A stretch of 64,000 nucleotides of DNA from Candidatus Omnitrophota bacterium (lineage in GTDB: Bacteria > Omnitrophota > Gorgyraeia > JABMRN01 > RBG-13-46-9), in contig JBDRHE010000069.1 of assembly GCA_043817155.1 (NCBI GenBank), positions 3,244 through 67,243 of the forward strand. Reading direction: 5' to 3'. Below the pieces are notes generated by a model. That model was not told the origin of the DNA. It was given only the letters and a program-made list of their open reading frames with translations, and made no database searches. Both the position numbers and the translations under genes were made by a program. This document shows, one piece after another, positions 26,958 to 36,148 of this stretch; position 1 is the stretch's first letter, and every line of letters starts with the position of its first letter.

Positions 26958-27360
26958 ATGCTCTAAAACGCGTCTTTTTAAAGCTTTGAGATATTTTTTT
27001 GTCTATGAGCTTCGATATCTCTTCAAGCACCCTTAACGCTTCCTTTGTCCGCTGCGCATTAGCGCAAAAGATATCTCTGACATCTCTTCGCCTGCTTTCG
27101 GTGCGAATAGTCGATCTGCCATAGTCCCTTCGGATGTTTCGCGCTCTTAGAATGAGAGGCTTTGTGCGGTGGGCCCTCTTCGCCAGTTCTCTTACACGGT
27201 GCCTTAACGACTTAAAAGACCTGAGCAGACTCTTATCTTCTAAGATAAAACGTACAATGTCTTCGCAAACCCGGAGGCCCTCCTGTGACCTGTTCAGATT
27301 TACATCAATGATTCTTAAAAGTTTATCCATTTTGCTCGAAACTACTAACCGGCGTTTCAC
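26905..27360 (-). CDS. Arg-rich small protein translationally coupled to thiE (possibly a ThiD2-like accessory module)
   Basis: 151 aa with IDVNLNRSQEGLRVCEDIVRF. Overlaps the thiE start. Function not recognised with confidence. Confidence 0.3.
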   Translation of the reverse strand: MKRRLVVSSKMDKLLRIIDVNLNRSQEGLRVCEDIVRFILEDKSLLRSFKSLRHRVRELAKRAHRTKPLILRARNIRRDYGRSTIRTESRRRDVRDIFCANAQRTKEALRVLEEISKLIDKKISQSFKKTRFRAYELEKRSSVKLEALLHN

Positions 27361-27426
27361 GTTTAACGTATAGGCTAGTATTTTACGTTTATAAATACTC
27401 TTTCTTTCTAACCCATCCGCTATGCG

Positions 27427-27924
27427 CTATCCACTAATCTTTTTTATGCGCTCAATTAATGAAGTTGTCGAATACCCTTTAACGAACGGTACAGTTACCA
27501 CCCTGCCGCCGAACCTCTTTACATGATCCGCGCCAACTATATCCTTTTTGCGCCAGTCTCCGCCTTTTACAAGGATGTCCGGCGTAAGACTTGTTATGAT
27601 TCTCCCGGGTGTTGAGTCTCCAAATATGGTAACATAATCGATAGACTCAAGAGCCGATAGAACGATCGATCTTTCACGCTCTTTCGTTACAGGCCGGCCT
27701 CTTCCTTTTATCCTCCTTACAGAGGAATCGCTATTGAGGCCTACTATAAGCACCGAACCGAGTTCCTTACATTTTTTAAGATATGAGACGTGGCCAAAGT
27801 GAATAATGTCGAAACAGCCATTGGTAAATACGATCTTCTTGCGCATCTTCTTCGCTGCTCTTACGATCCGCTTCAATTCGTTTAATGTCTTTATTTTTTT
27901 TGATTTGGCCAATCTACTCTCCAT
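27427..27924 (-). CDS. D-glycero-beta-D-manno-heptose 1-phosphate adenylyltransferase (RfaE domain II / HldC-like cytidylyltransferase fold)
   Basis: FTNGCFDIIHFGHVSYL (HxGH motif) and ..KGGDW.. The 165-aa size fits the standalone adenylyltransferase domain. Confidence 0.75.
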   Translation of the reverse strand: MESRLAKSKKIKTLNELKRIVRAAKKMRKKIVFTNGCFDIIHFGHVSYLKKCKELGSVLIVGLNSDSSVRRIKGRGRPVTKERERSIVLSALESIDYVTIFGDSTPGRIITSLTPDILVKGGDWRKKDIVGADHVKRFGGRVVTVPFVKGYSTTSLIERIKKISG

Positions 27925-28160
27925 ATTCTAGCTTCTTAGAGCATTAGCTAACTAGCTTCTTAGGTAAGACTAATTCTCACATGTCCTAAAAGGCTAGTAA
28001 GCTAAGAAGCTTCCCATAACGTTTCCCACATTCCCTAAAAAGCTAGAAAGCTAAGAAGCTAAAGCTCTAATGCTCTATTTACCAGCTAGAAAGCTTCCTG
28101 AACATTTTCCCACATTACCTAATAAGCTAAAAAGCTAAGAAGCTAGAAAGCTTCTTCTAT
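27925..28160. repeat. Degenerate tandem repeats of AGCT(A/T)(A/G)GAAGCT and TTTCCCACATTMCCTAAWAAGCTA motifs
   Basis: Read directly. Fills the 218-bp spacer between gmhA and the adenylyltransferase gene. Confidence 0.7.
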
Positions 28161-28730
28161 GAGTTCACAGATAATATGTATCACAAGTATATGCGCTTCC
28201 TGCACGCGAGGCGTATCGCCGGACGCAACAGCGATAGTGACATCCGCGATGTCTCTTATGCCTGCTCCTCCATTACCGGCAAACGCGATAGTTCCCATCC
28301 CGATCCTGTGCGCCTCTTTAAGAGCCTCGATAACATTGACGGATCTTCCGCTTGTCGATAGACCGACGGCTACATCACCTTTTTGTCCAAGCGCCTCAAC
28401 CTGCCTCTTGAAGCATATGCTATATTCGTAATCATTCGCGAGCGCAGTAAGCGTCGAAGTGTTTGTAGTCAGAGCTACAGCCGGCAAGGCCCTGCGCTCC
28501 TTCTTAAAACGTCCAACCAACTCACCAACCATGTGCTGGCTATCCGCGGCGCTACCCCCATTCCCGAAAACAAGTACCTTGTGCCCGCTCTTTAGAGCTT
28601 CCACAAGTCGAGTAGCAGATTTCTCGATCGACCTGAGACACTCCTCGGAAAGCAGCGATCTCTTTGCATCCCGGCTCTCTTCGATCAATCTCTTGATCTT
28701 TTCCCGCATCTCTTCTCCCCTCTTAGCCAA
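28143..28730 (-). CDS. gmhA: D-sedoheptulose 7-phosphate isomerase (SIS domain)
   Basis: VLVFGNGGSAADSQHMVGELVGRF and the SIS fold. 195 aa. Confidence 0.8.
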   Translation of the reverse strand: MAKRGEEMREKIKRLIEESRDAKRSLLSEECLRSIEKSATRLVEALKSGHKVLVFGNGGSAADSQHMVGELVGRFKKERRALPAVALTTNTSTLTALANDYEYSICFKRQVEALGQKGDVAVGLSTSGRSVNVIEALKEAHRIGMGTIAFAGNGGAGIRDIADVTIAVASGDTPRVQEAHILVIHIICELIEEAF

Positions 28731-29775
28731 AGAATAGCTTAGCCATTTCGTAAAATTTCATATCTACGGTCTTAAGCGTGCCGACAGCATCTTCGATCGG
28801 GACACCTACAATTTCATTTCCTTTGAGACTTGCCATCTTACCGAAGTCGCCGCTTAGCGCAAGCTCGACGGCCTTTACGCCAAATCTCGTTGCCAGCACT
28901 CTGTCGAACGCGCTTGGAGTGCCGCCCCTCTGTATGTGACCAAGAACCGTTACCCTGGTCTCGTAACCTGTCCGTTTTTCAATCTCCTGGCCAAGCATCT
29001 GTCCTATGCCTCCCAGAAGAACGTGTCCAAAAGAATCCTTCTTCTCGGTCTTAAGAACCAGGCTCTCTTCCTTCATTCTTGCGCCTTCGGCAACAGCGAT
29101 AATACTGAAATCCTTATCGCCCTCATGCCTCTCCTTTATAACCCTGCAAATTTCATCCATGTCGATCGGGACCTCCGGTATAAGTATGAGATCCGCTCCG
29201 CCCGCGATCCCGGCATAGGTTGTTATCCAACCGGCATGGCGTCCCATTATCTCTACTACCATAATGCGGTGGTGACTCTCCGCGGTCGTATGGAGCCTAT
29301 CGATAGCTTCTGTAGCGATATTGACAGCCGTATCGAAGCCGAATGTGAAGTCCGTGCATGAAAGATCGTTATCGATGGTTTTCGGTACTCCGACAACGTT
29401 AATGCCCTCTTTTGACAGTTTAGACGCTACGCCGAGAGTATCCTCTCCCCCTATCACGATAAGCGCATCCAGATGTAAGGCAGCAAAATTCTTCTTAACC
29501 TTTTCTACATCGCCCTTGCCCTTATATGGATTGGTTCTGCTCGTGCCAAGTATTGTGCCACCCCTGGGCAGGATACCGGATACAGAATTACGATCAAGTT
29601 CGATCACATCCTTCTCTATAAGTCCTTTCCAACCGTTCCGTATTCCCACAATCTTTACATTCTCTTTAAGTGCTTTTCTCACAATGGCCCTTATGGTCGG
29701 ATTTAAACCCGGGCAATCTCCTCCGCCGGTTAAAACCCCTATGCTCTTGACGCCCATCTCTCTTTCCTCCTTCAC
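28723..29775 (-). CDS. 6-phosphofructokinase, PfkA family with pyrophosphate-dependent-type signature residues
   Basis: GVLTGGGDCPGLN, GGEDT in place of GGDGS (Asp at the E. coli Gly104 position), PKTIDND (Lys at the Gly124 position), MGRHAG. 8-bp overlap with gmhA. Confidence 0.8.
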   Translation of the reverse strand: MKEEREMGVKSIGVLTGGGDCPGLNPTIRAIVRKALKENVKIVGIRNGWKGLIEKDVIELDRNSVSGILPRGGTILGTSRTNPYKGKGDVEKVKKNFAALHLDALIVIGGEDTLGVASKLSKEGINVVGVPKTIDNDLSCTDFTFGFDTAVNIATEAIDRLHTTAESHHRIMVVEIMGRHAGWITTYAGIAGGADLILIPEVPIDMDEICRVIKERHEGDKDFSIIAVAEGARMKEESLVLKTEKKDSFGHVLLGGIGQMLGQEIEKRTGYETRVTVLGHIQRGGTPSAFDRVLATRFGVKAVELALSGDFGKMASLKGNEIVGVPIEDAVGTLKTVDMKFYEMAKLFFG

Positions 29776-29820
29776 TTTTCAGTTATTAGCTTCTTACCCT
29801 CGATCGCGATCGGCGAACAG

Positions 29821-30468
29821 CTAATCTGCGAACGGCATCCGCCTGGATACCTCTTCCGGCTCGCCTTCCGGCGGCTGTTGTTCGACTCTGCCTTTTGAAG
29901 ATATCTTGTTAACATTTATCTTTATATTGATCGTCTCTTCCACGCCAAGCATATCCTTAACCTTCGACTTAATAAGATTCTGGATCCTCTCGGTCGTCTC
30001 GGGGATGTTTGAGTCTGAGAAGATCGTAGCCCGACAAACTACATTAATACCTTTCTTGCTCGCTGTAACAATAGATTTGAGCTCCTTGACCTCCGGCATC
30101 CGGCGGATGCTCTTTTTTATAAAGTCCTCTATTGCCGCCAGGGAGACCGTAACCTGACCCTCCGGGTTCTCAAATGCGATCGTCTTCTCCTGCTGCATCT
30201 TTCCGAAATTGATCTGGCCGATCAGAAGGCCGATGATAACAAGTACGGCACCGGCAATGCCTACACCCATCCTAACATTCGGGTCTGTATAAACATAATT
30301 TACCAAATTCGCTATATCATCCGCCGCAATAAGATTGAGCGACAGATAGATCAGGATCCCACCGAGACCGACGAAGAAGAACATGCACACCAAAATAAAA
30401 AAACCTTTAATCAATCTCATTATTACCTCCATCTTTAACCTATATCTTCTCGTACATCTTATCCGCAA
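29821..30468 (-). CDS. Membrane protein of unknown function (possibly Asp23/AmaP-like anchor)
   Basis: Two N-terminal TM helices then a soluble domain. Lies downstream of accC, as Asp23/AmaP genes do in some Firmicutes. The assignment is weak. Confidence 0.3.
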   Translation of the reverse strand: MRIRCTRRYRLKMEVIMRLIKGFFILVCMFFFVGLGGILIYLSLNLIAADDIANLVNYVYTDPNVRMGVGIAGAVLVIIGLLIGQINFGKMQQEKTIAFENPEGQVTVSLAAIEDFIKKSIRRMPEVKELKSIVTASKKGINVVCRATIFSDSNIPETTERIQNLIKSKVKDMLGVEETINIKINVNKISSKGRVEQQPPEGEPEEVSRRMPFAD

Positions 30469-31786
30469 AAGATGTTGAGTATTTTCCTCTTATGAACGCG
30501 GGGTTGGACAGGACCTTCCGGTGAAATTCAACAGTTGTCTTGATAGGTTCTATCATAAATTCTTCAAGCGCCCTCTGCATGACAGAGATGGCAAGGCGTC
30601 TGTTAGCCGCGCATGTCACAACCTTAGCGATCATCGAATCGTAATAAGGCGATATCTCATAGCCGGCATATATGTGCGTATCAACCCTTACGCCGGGCCC
30701 CCCGGGCAGGTTGAGTGAAGCTATCTTACCCGGACACGGCCGGAAGTCGTTATCAGGATCCTCGGCATATATGCGACACTCTATAGAACTTCCCTTGACA
30801 TCCGTATCATCCTGCTTTCTTGTCAGCTTCTCGCCGGCAGCCACCCTTATCTGCTCCTTTACAATATCCATTCCTGTTAGCATCTCCGTTACGGGGTGTT
30901 CGACCTGCACGCGTGTATTCATCTCCATAAAGTAAAAATTATTATTCTTATCCATAAGAAATTCGATCGTGCCGGCATTCACATACCCTATGGACTTAGC
31001 GCACTTTATGGAGAGATCGCCCATCTTCTTTCTCAATTTCTTGTTCATGAAGGGTGAGGGGGACTCTTCGATCAATTTCTGGTGCCGCCTCTGTATCGTG
31101 CAATCCCTCTCGCCCAGATGTATAATGTGCCCGTATAAATCACCCATGAGCTGAAATTCGATATGACGCGGCTCATCTATATACTTCTCGATATAGACGC
31201 TGGGATTGCCGAAAGCAGCTTCGGCCTCTCTCTGCGCCGTCAGAAAGGCGCTTACAAGGCGAACATCATTATGACAGACGCGCATCCCTTTCCCGCCGCC
31301 ACCCAGAGCCGCCTTTATGATGACGGGGTAATTTATCTTCTTGGCTATCTTTAAGGCTTCCTCTTTTGAGTTTACAACGCTCAGGCTGCCCGGGATGACC
31401 GGAAGACCTGCCTTCTTGGCTACCTGCTTGGCAGCCATCTTATCGCCCATGAGCCTTATGTTCTCAGGCGTCGGTCCGATAAACTTTATCTGGCAAGATT
31501 CGCATATTTCAGCGAAATGCGCGTCCTCCGCGAGAAAGCCGTAACCCGGATGTATAGCTTCAACATCGGTAATTTCTGCTGCGCTTATTATGCTCGGTAT
31601 ATTTAAGTAGCTGTCTATGGCCGGCGCCTTCCCTATACAGATCGCTTCATCGGCCAATCTCACGTGCAAGCTCTCCCTGTCGATCTCGGAAAAGACCGCA
31701 ACCGTCCCTATGCCAAGCTCCTTACAGGCCCTTATCACCCGTACAGCGATCTCGCCCCTATTTGCTATTAATATCTTTGAGAACAT
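30440..31786 (-). CDS. accC: Acetyl-CoA carboxylase biotin carboxylase subunit
   Basis: ATP-grasp motifs and [14 protein letters not shown]. 448 aa. Confidence 0.9.
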   Translation of the reverse strand: MFSKILIANRGEIAVRVIRACKELGIGTVAVFSEIDRESLHVRLADEAICIGKAPAIDSYLNIPSIISAAEITDVEAIHPGYGFLAEDAHFAEICESCQIKFIGPTPENIRLMGDKMAAKQVAKKAGLPVIPGSLSVVNSKEEALKIAKKINYPVIIKAALGGGGKGMRVCHNDVRLVSAFLTAQREAEAAFGNPSVYIEKYIDEPRHIEFQLMGDLYGHIIHLGERDCTIQRRHQKLIEESPSPFMNKKLRKKMGDLSIKCAKSIGYVNAGTIEFLMDKNNNFYFMEMNTRVQVEHPVTEMLTGMDIVKEQIRVAAGEKLTRKQDDTDVKGSSIECRIYAEDPDNDFRPCPGKIASLNLPGGPGVRVDTHIYAGYEISPYYDSMIAKVVTCAANRRLAISVMQRALEEFMIEPIKTTVEFHRKVLSNPAFIRGKYSTSFADKMYEKI

Positions 31787-31884
31787 CCGACTACCTCTTG
31801 ATTTAACGTGTAGCCAAATTAATAGTACGGTATCGACAGAAACCGTGTTTTGATATCCGAATTACTATCATACTTTTGCCAACT

Positions 31885-31951
31885 CTGTCATCCCCGCGAA
31901 AGCGGGGATCCAGGCGAGCCACCATGGATTCCCGCTTTCGCGGGAATGACA
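31885..31951. mobile_element. Hairpin repeat family B copy inside the accB-accC spacer
   Basis: TGTCATCCCCGCGAAAGCGGGGATCCAGGCGAGCCACCATGGATTCCCGCTTTCGCGGGAATGACA. Arms are reverse complements, each with its own GC stem-loop. Confidence 0.8.
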
Positions 31952-31958
31952 AAAATAA

Positions 31959-32408
31959 TTAAGACGGTTCAACTAGGAATAGGACCTGCCCGAACTCGAT
32001 GGGCTCAGCGTTTTCCACAACGATGTCTACTATCTTACCGCTCACATCGGACTTGATCTCATTCATAAGTTTCATTGCTTCAATGACACAAAGTATCTGG
32101 CCCTCTTTTATGACTGAACCTATATCCACGAATGGCTTGGCATCGGGCGAGGGCGATAGATAAAGCGTTCCGACCATCGGCGCCTTGATCTCTACTATGT
32201 TCGTCTTCTCTTCTTTGACCTGCACAGGGGCTACCTGCGTAGCAGGCGTAAGAACCGGCGAGGGAACATGCAAGGCCTTCCCGATCTGTCCGTCCTGACC
32301 CTTCCTTAAATGTATCTTCGCTCCTTCATCTTCTATGCTTATCTCCGTAAGATTATACCTCTCCATCAGGCCTATGACCTCTTCGATCTTCTTGATATTC
32401 ATTTGCAC
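31959..32408 (-). CDS. accB: Acetyl-CoA carboxylase biotin carboxyl carrier protein
   Basis: EAMKLMNEI biotinylation motif. Confidence 0.85.
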   Translation of the reverse strand: MQMNIKKIEEVIGLMERYNLTEISIEDEGAKIHLRKGQDGQIGKALHVPSPVLTPATQVAPVQVKEEKTNIVEIKAPMVGTLYLSPSPDAKPFVDIGSVIKEGQILCVIEAMKLMNEIKSDVSGKIVDIVVENAEPIEFGQVLFLVEPS

Positions 32409-32411
32409 CCC

Positions 32412-32969
32412 CTAGGCGCGACCGGCGTAATCCCCGGTACGCGTATCTACTTTGATAGTCTCATCGTTATTTATGAACAGAGGCACCCTTACCGTTGCTC
32501 CAGTCTCTACGGTAGCCGGTTTAAAGCCGCCTTTTGCAGTATCGCCTTTTATCCCGGGTTCAGTATATGTCACTTTAAGCTCTACGAACGACGGAAGCGT
32601 AATGCCGACTACCGAGTTATTGTACATGGAGGCCGTTATCTCCATCCCATCCTTGAGATACTTCGCATTATCGCCTATCATCTCTTCGGATATGCCCAGC
32701 TGTTCATACGTCGTCTGATCCATGAAATGGTATCCCATCTGATCTTTGTATAAAAACTGCTTCTTCTTCTCTTCGATATAGGCCTGCTTGAAACTGTCAT
32801 CCGGCCTGTATGTCTTTTCGGCAATGGTTCCGTTTTGCAGGTTCTTGAGCTTCGCCCTTACAAAAGCCCCTCCTTTGCCGGGTTTTGTGTGCTGCTGAGA
32901 CAATACCATATGGAGCACATTATCGATCAAAACAACAACTCCGTTCCTGAATTGACGCGCAGTAATCAT
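32412..32969 (-). CDS. efp: Elongation factor P
   Basis: 185 aa. KPGKGGAFVRAKLKNL loop with the conserved Lys. Confidence 0.9.
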   Translation of the reverse strand: MITARQFRNGVVVLIDNVLHMVLSQQHTKPGKGGAFVRAKLKNLQNGTIAEKTYRPDDSFKQAYIEEKKKQFLYKDQMGYHFMDQTTYEQLGISEEMIGDNAKYLKDGMEITASMYNNSVVGITLPSFVELKVTYTEPGIKGDTAKGGFKPATVETGATVRVPLFINNDETIKVDTRTGDYAGRA

Positions 32970-34006
32970 CGTGTTAAAACCTCCGGACCATTATCGGTCA
33001 AATAAACCAGATCCTCTATCCTTATGCCACCAAGACGCGGTATATAGAGGCCCGGTTCAACAGTAAATACCATTCCCTTCTTAAAAGTCAATTTGCTATG
33101 AACTGACAGGTTGGGCGCTTCATGAACCTCCAGGCCCAGCCCGTGTCCCAATCCATGAAGAATGAACTTTCCGAAACCTGCTTCCTCGATAAAGAGGTTT
33201 ACCTTCCTGACTACCCGGGAGATGCTTACTCCGGGTTTTATTAACCTGAGAGCCAGCCTCTGCGCATCCTTAACGATCCCGTAAATTCTCTTTATCTTTC
33301 CTTTCATGCCCCCCGTAAATACTACCCTGGTGAAGTCCGAACAATAGCTTTCAAACCTGGCGCCGAAATCGAGTAGCACTATATCGTCCTTTTTGATCCT
33401 TCTCTGTGATGCAATCGCATGGGGCCACGCGCTGCGGTGTCCGCTTGCAACAATAGTTTCAAAACTGTTAGTCGCGCCCGCCATCCTCATCATCATATCT
33501 ATTTCGTTCGCAATAGCCTTTTCTCTCACACCAGGCTTGATAAAGCGCCGGATAGCCGGAAATATCTTCTTCGTAATACGAGCCGCTCTCTTTATCTTCA
33601 ATATCTCCTCTTTGCACTTAACGGCCCGGGCGGTCTCGATTATCCTTTTGGTCGGTACGAGCCTTATCTTGCGTAACGCGCCTTTCAGCTTCTCATGCTC
33701 ATCGTAGGAGAGATGCTTCGATTCAAATCCAAGCTTGCTCACTTTTCCTTCCTTCAGAATTTCGCTAACCACAGCCGGATCGATCTTCCTGGCACGTTCA
33801 AATTCATACCCTTCCACACACGCCTTAGCCGCATCTAAAGCGCGCTCATCGGTAAAAAAGAACCTGTCGCCCCGGGTTGTCAAAAGCAGGAATACATCCT
33901 TGCCGGGGAAATCGGTTAAATACAGTATATTGCTCTCGCCTGTAACGAGCAACGCATCGAGCCCGGCTTTCTTTATCAAAGATCTTGTCTTAACCGACTT
34001 CTCCAT
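32966..34006 (-). CDS. M24 family Xaa-Pro aminopeptidase
   Basis: HGLGHGLGLEVHEAP metal-site motif. Start moved to the internal MEKSVKTRS. The track's N-terminal extension overlaps aroQ. Confidence 0.8.
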   Translation of the reverse strand: MEKSVKTRSLIKKAGLDALLVTGESNILYLTDFPGKDVFLLLTTRGDRFFFTDERALDAAKACVEGYEFERARKIDPAVVSEILKEGKVSKLGFESKHLSYDEHEKLKGALRKIRLVPTKRIIETARAVKCKEEILKIKRAARITKKIFPAIRRFIKPGVREKAIANEIDMMMRMAGATNSFETIVASGHRSAWPHAIASQRRIKKDDIVLLDFGARFESYCSDFTRVVFTGGMKGKIKRIYGIVKDAQRLALRLIKPGVSISRVVRKVNLFIEEAGFGKFILHGLGHGLGLEVHEAPNLSVHSKLTFKKGMVFTVEPGLYIPRLGGIRIEDLVYLTDNGPEVLTR

Positions 34007-34007
34007 T

Positions 34008-34451
34008 CTACTTTTCCTCGGCAAGTTTAAATGCAGCCTCAAACCCCAAAAGATAGCTCTGCAACCCAAAGCCCGAAATCTGACCTTTTGCCACAGGCGC
34101 GATAAGCGATGTGTGCCTGAATGACTCTCTGGAATAAATATTGGAGAGGTGAACCTCGACTGCGGGAATACCTGACCCGGCAATAGCGTCTCTTATCGCC
34201 ACGCTTGTGTGGGTAAAGGCGGCCGGGTTTATAAGTATCGCGTTAACCGAGCTTGCCCTGGCTTTGCCGATAGCGTCGACTATATCACCTTCGTGATTGG
34301 ATTGGAGTATCTCGACGTCTGCCTTCTTCTTCCCTGCGGCAGCTTTAAGCCGGTCATTTATCTCATCTATAGTTATTTTGCCGTATACATCAACTTCGCG
34401 CGTTCCAAGCAAATTAAGATTTGGCCCGTGTATTATCAGTATCTTCGGCAT
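34008..34451 (-). CDS. aroQ: Type II 3-dehydroquinate dehydratase
   Basis: [28 protein letters not shown]. Confidence 0.9.
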   Translation of the reverse strand: MPKILIIHGPNLNLLGTREVDVYGKITIDEINDRLKAAAGKKKADVEILQSNHEGDIVDAIGKARASSVNAILINPAAFTHTSVAIRDAIAGSGIPAVEVHLSNIYSRESFRHTSLIAPVAKGQISGFGLQSYLLGFEAAFKLAEEK

Positions 34452-34465
34452 GGTTAACCTCCGCT

Positions 34466-34633
34466 TTATTCGTAACCCGGTCTTTCCGCCTCTTCGATAA
34501 GCATTACGGGAATATCGTCGCGTATCGGATACCTCCTACCGCACCCTCTGCATACGATCCTATCGTTTTCCATCACGACATCGAACTTGCATGCGGGACA
34601 CGCTAAAACAGCTAACAGTTCCTTGTCTACCAT
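34466..34633 (-). CDS. Trm112/UPF0434 (YcaR-like) small protein, 55 aa
   Basis: Below the ORF-track size cutoff. Manual translation: [55 protein letters not shown]. CPxC...C..C plus the P-I-x-D-x-IP-x-ML core is the family signature. Coordinates are good to within 1-2 nt. Confidence 0.55.
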   Translation of the reverse strand: MVDKELLAVLACPACKFDVVMENDRIVCRGCGRRYPIRDDIPVMLIEEAERPGYE

Positions 34634-34761
34634 ATGCTCTCACCCTTTCCTGGTGGAGCCCCCCGTGCTAAAGCCCGGGGCTCCCTCCATCAAAACACAT
34701 ATCCCTTGCCGCAATGAATTTCGCTCGGCCGCAAAGCGGCCAGGCGAAATTCTATCCCGAG

Positions 34762-35766
34762 CTAAATCCCGGGCAACCCTGCGGGCGGATTAAGTTCGCC
34801 CAGCTTGGAAAGATCATCTCCCTTCAGCTTAAATTGGCTGGCAGTAAGGTAGATCACCGCTCCTACCAGGCTCAATACCAAGAGTGAAGCCAGTAACAAG
34901 ATGCTTGCAGAAAAAGCAACATCGTTTCCGATGATCGGCCCGAAAAGAGCAACCGTCGCGCCTTCCCGGAGACCCAATCCTCCAAGTGATGGCAACATGC
35001 TTGCAACACATACCAGTGGCATGATCATAAATACGGCGCCAAGCGATATGTTGTCGACGCCCAATGATCTTATGAGTATAAAAACGACGGTAAAAAAGAT
35101 GCACTGCGAGATCAAAGACAAGACAAAACACTTCAGGATTATCATCTTCTTGGCTTTATACCCATGGACAGCTTTATAGACCTTTGATAGTTTATCCCCA
35201 ACATTCCGAAACTTAACTTTAGACAAAAAACCTTGCATCAGTTTCGCAAACGCGCCATTCAGTATAACCAGAATACCAATTGTGCCAAGAACCGCGAATA
35301 CCAACACGATCTTCTTTACCAGAATATCAGCGCTTTGCCAGGTAAGAAGTAGCGCGCAAGTGCCGATAAAGATGAAACTGCTCATACCTATAAAACGATC
35401 GATAAAGACCGCTATTACGGACTTTGAGGCTTGCTTCGTCTGCTTAAAAACGTAGTATGTCTTTACAATATCACCGCCTACCGCCGTAGGCATAAAGTTG
35501 TTAAAGAAGTATCCTATAAATGTAAGCTGGACGATCCTGCCATATGGAATGCGAAGGCCCTCGCCTATTATCACTAAATTAAGTCTGCACGATATCGCGT
35601 AAACGTTTAATATAAAAAGAGCTATCGCCAAAATAAATAGCGATATATTGACCCTTGAAAGCGTACGCGCGATCTGGCCAAAGTGTCCCCTCATATTCCA
35701 TGCCAGGAAGAAGATGAGGCCTGCGCTAACCATAACCCGCAATATTATGCTCAATTTGCCCTTCAT
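34762..35766 (-). CDS. UPF0104 / lysylphosphatidylglycerol-synthase-TM-like flippase-type membrane protein
   Basis: Polytopic membrane protein. Start moved to the internal MKGKLSIIL, because the track extension runs into MITE locus 5. Confidence 0.5.
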   Translation of the reverse strand: MKGKLSIILRVMVSAGLIFFLAWNMRGHFGQIARTLSRVNISLFILAIALFILNVYAISCRLNLVIIGEGLRIPYGRIVQLTFIGYFFNNFMPTAVGGDIVKTYYVFKQTKQASKSVIAVFIDRFIGMSSFIFIGTCALLLTWQSADILVKKIVLVFAVLGTIGILVILNGAFAKLMQGFLSKVKFRNVGDKLSKVYKAVHGYKAKKMIILKCFVLSLISQCIFFTVVFILIRSLGVDNISLGAVFMIMPLVCVASMLPSLGGLGLREGATVALFGPIIGNDVAFSASILLLASLLVLSLVGAVIYLTASQFKLKGDDLSKLGELNPPAGLPGI

Positions 35767-35876
35767 GGTAGGACTTAATATATCATGATTAGTATTAATA
35801 GTAAAGTCAAAAAGGCTACCTTTTTTACGCAAAAGACGCAAAAGGGTAACCGCAAAGGTCGCAAAAACAGAACTCT

Positions 35877-36111
35877 GTCTTTGCGAGGCACCGTAAGATT
35901 CGAGCGTGCCGAAGCCCCGCCGCATGCTTCGCATGGCGGGGTCCCGCCATACGAAAGTAACGGCGGGACAATCTCATCTTTTGTCATCCCCGCGAAAGCG
36001 GGGATCCAGAGTGGACTCATCAAGAGTGCATGCATGGATTCCCGCTTGCGGGGGAATGACAGAGAAAAGGCTTCGGCACGCTCGCTTTTTTTACGGCGCC
36101 TCGCAAAGACG
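35877..36111. mobile_element. Composite MITE-like repeat: family A inverted repeats enclosing paired hairpins and a family B hairpin (locus 5)
   Basis: A 35877-35915, hairpins, B 35973-36061, A' 36070-36111. Confidence 0.8.
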
Positions 36112-36148
36112 AACATAGGATATAGTAATAAAAAAGATGGGATCAGGG

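Noticed and set aside
27361-27426. Looked for a TPP riboswitch upstream of the thiE/thiC operon, and examined a TPP-like GATCTGG string at 5445-5460
   Set aside because: The upstream spacer is only 66 bp and has no CUGAGA or ACCCUG elements. The 5445 region lacks the conserved core and sits behind a terminator-like hairpin for gene 5538..5933.
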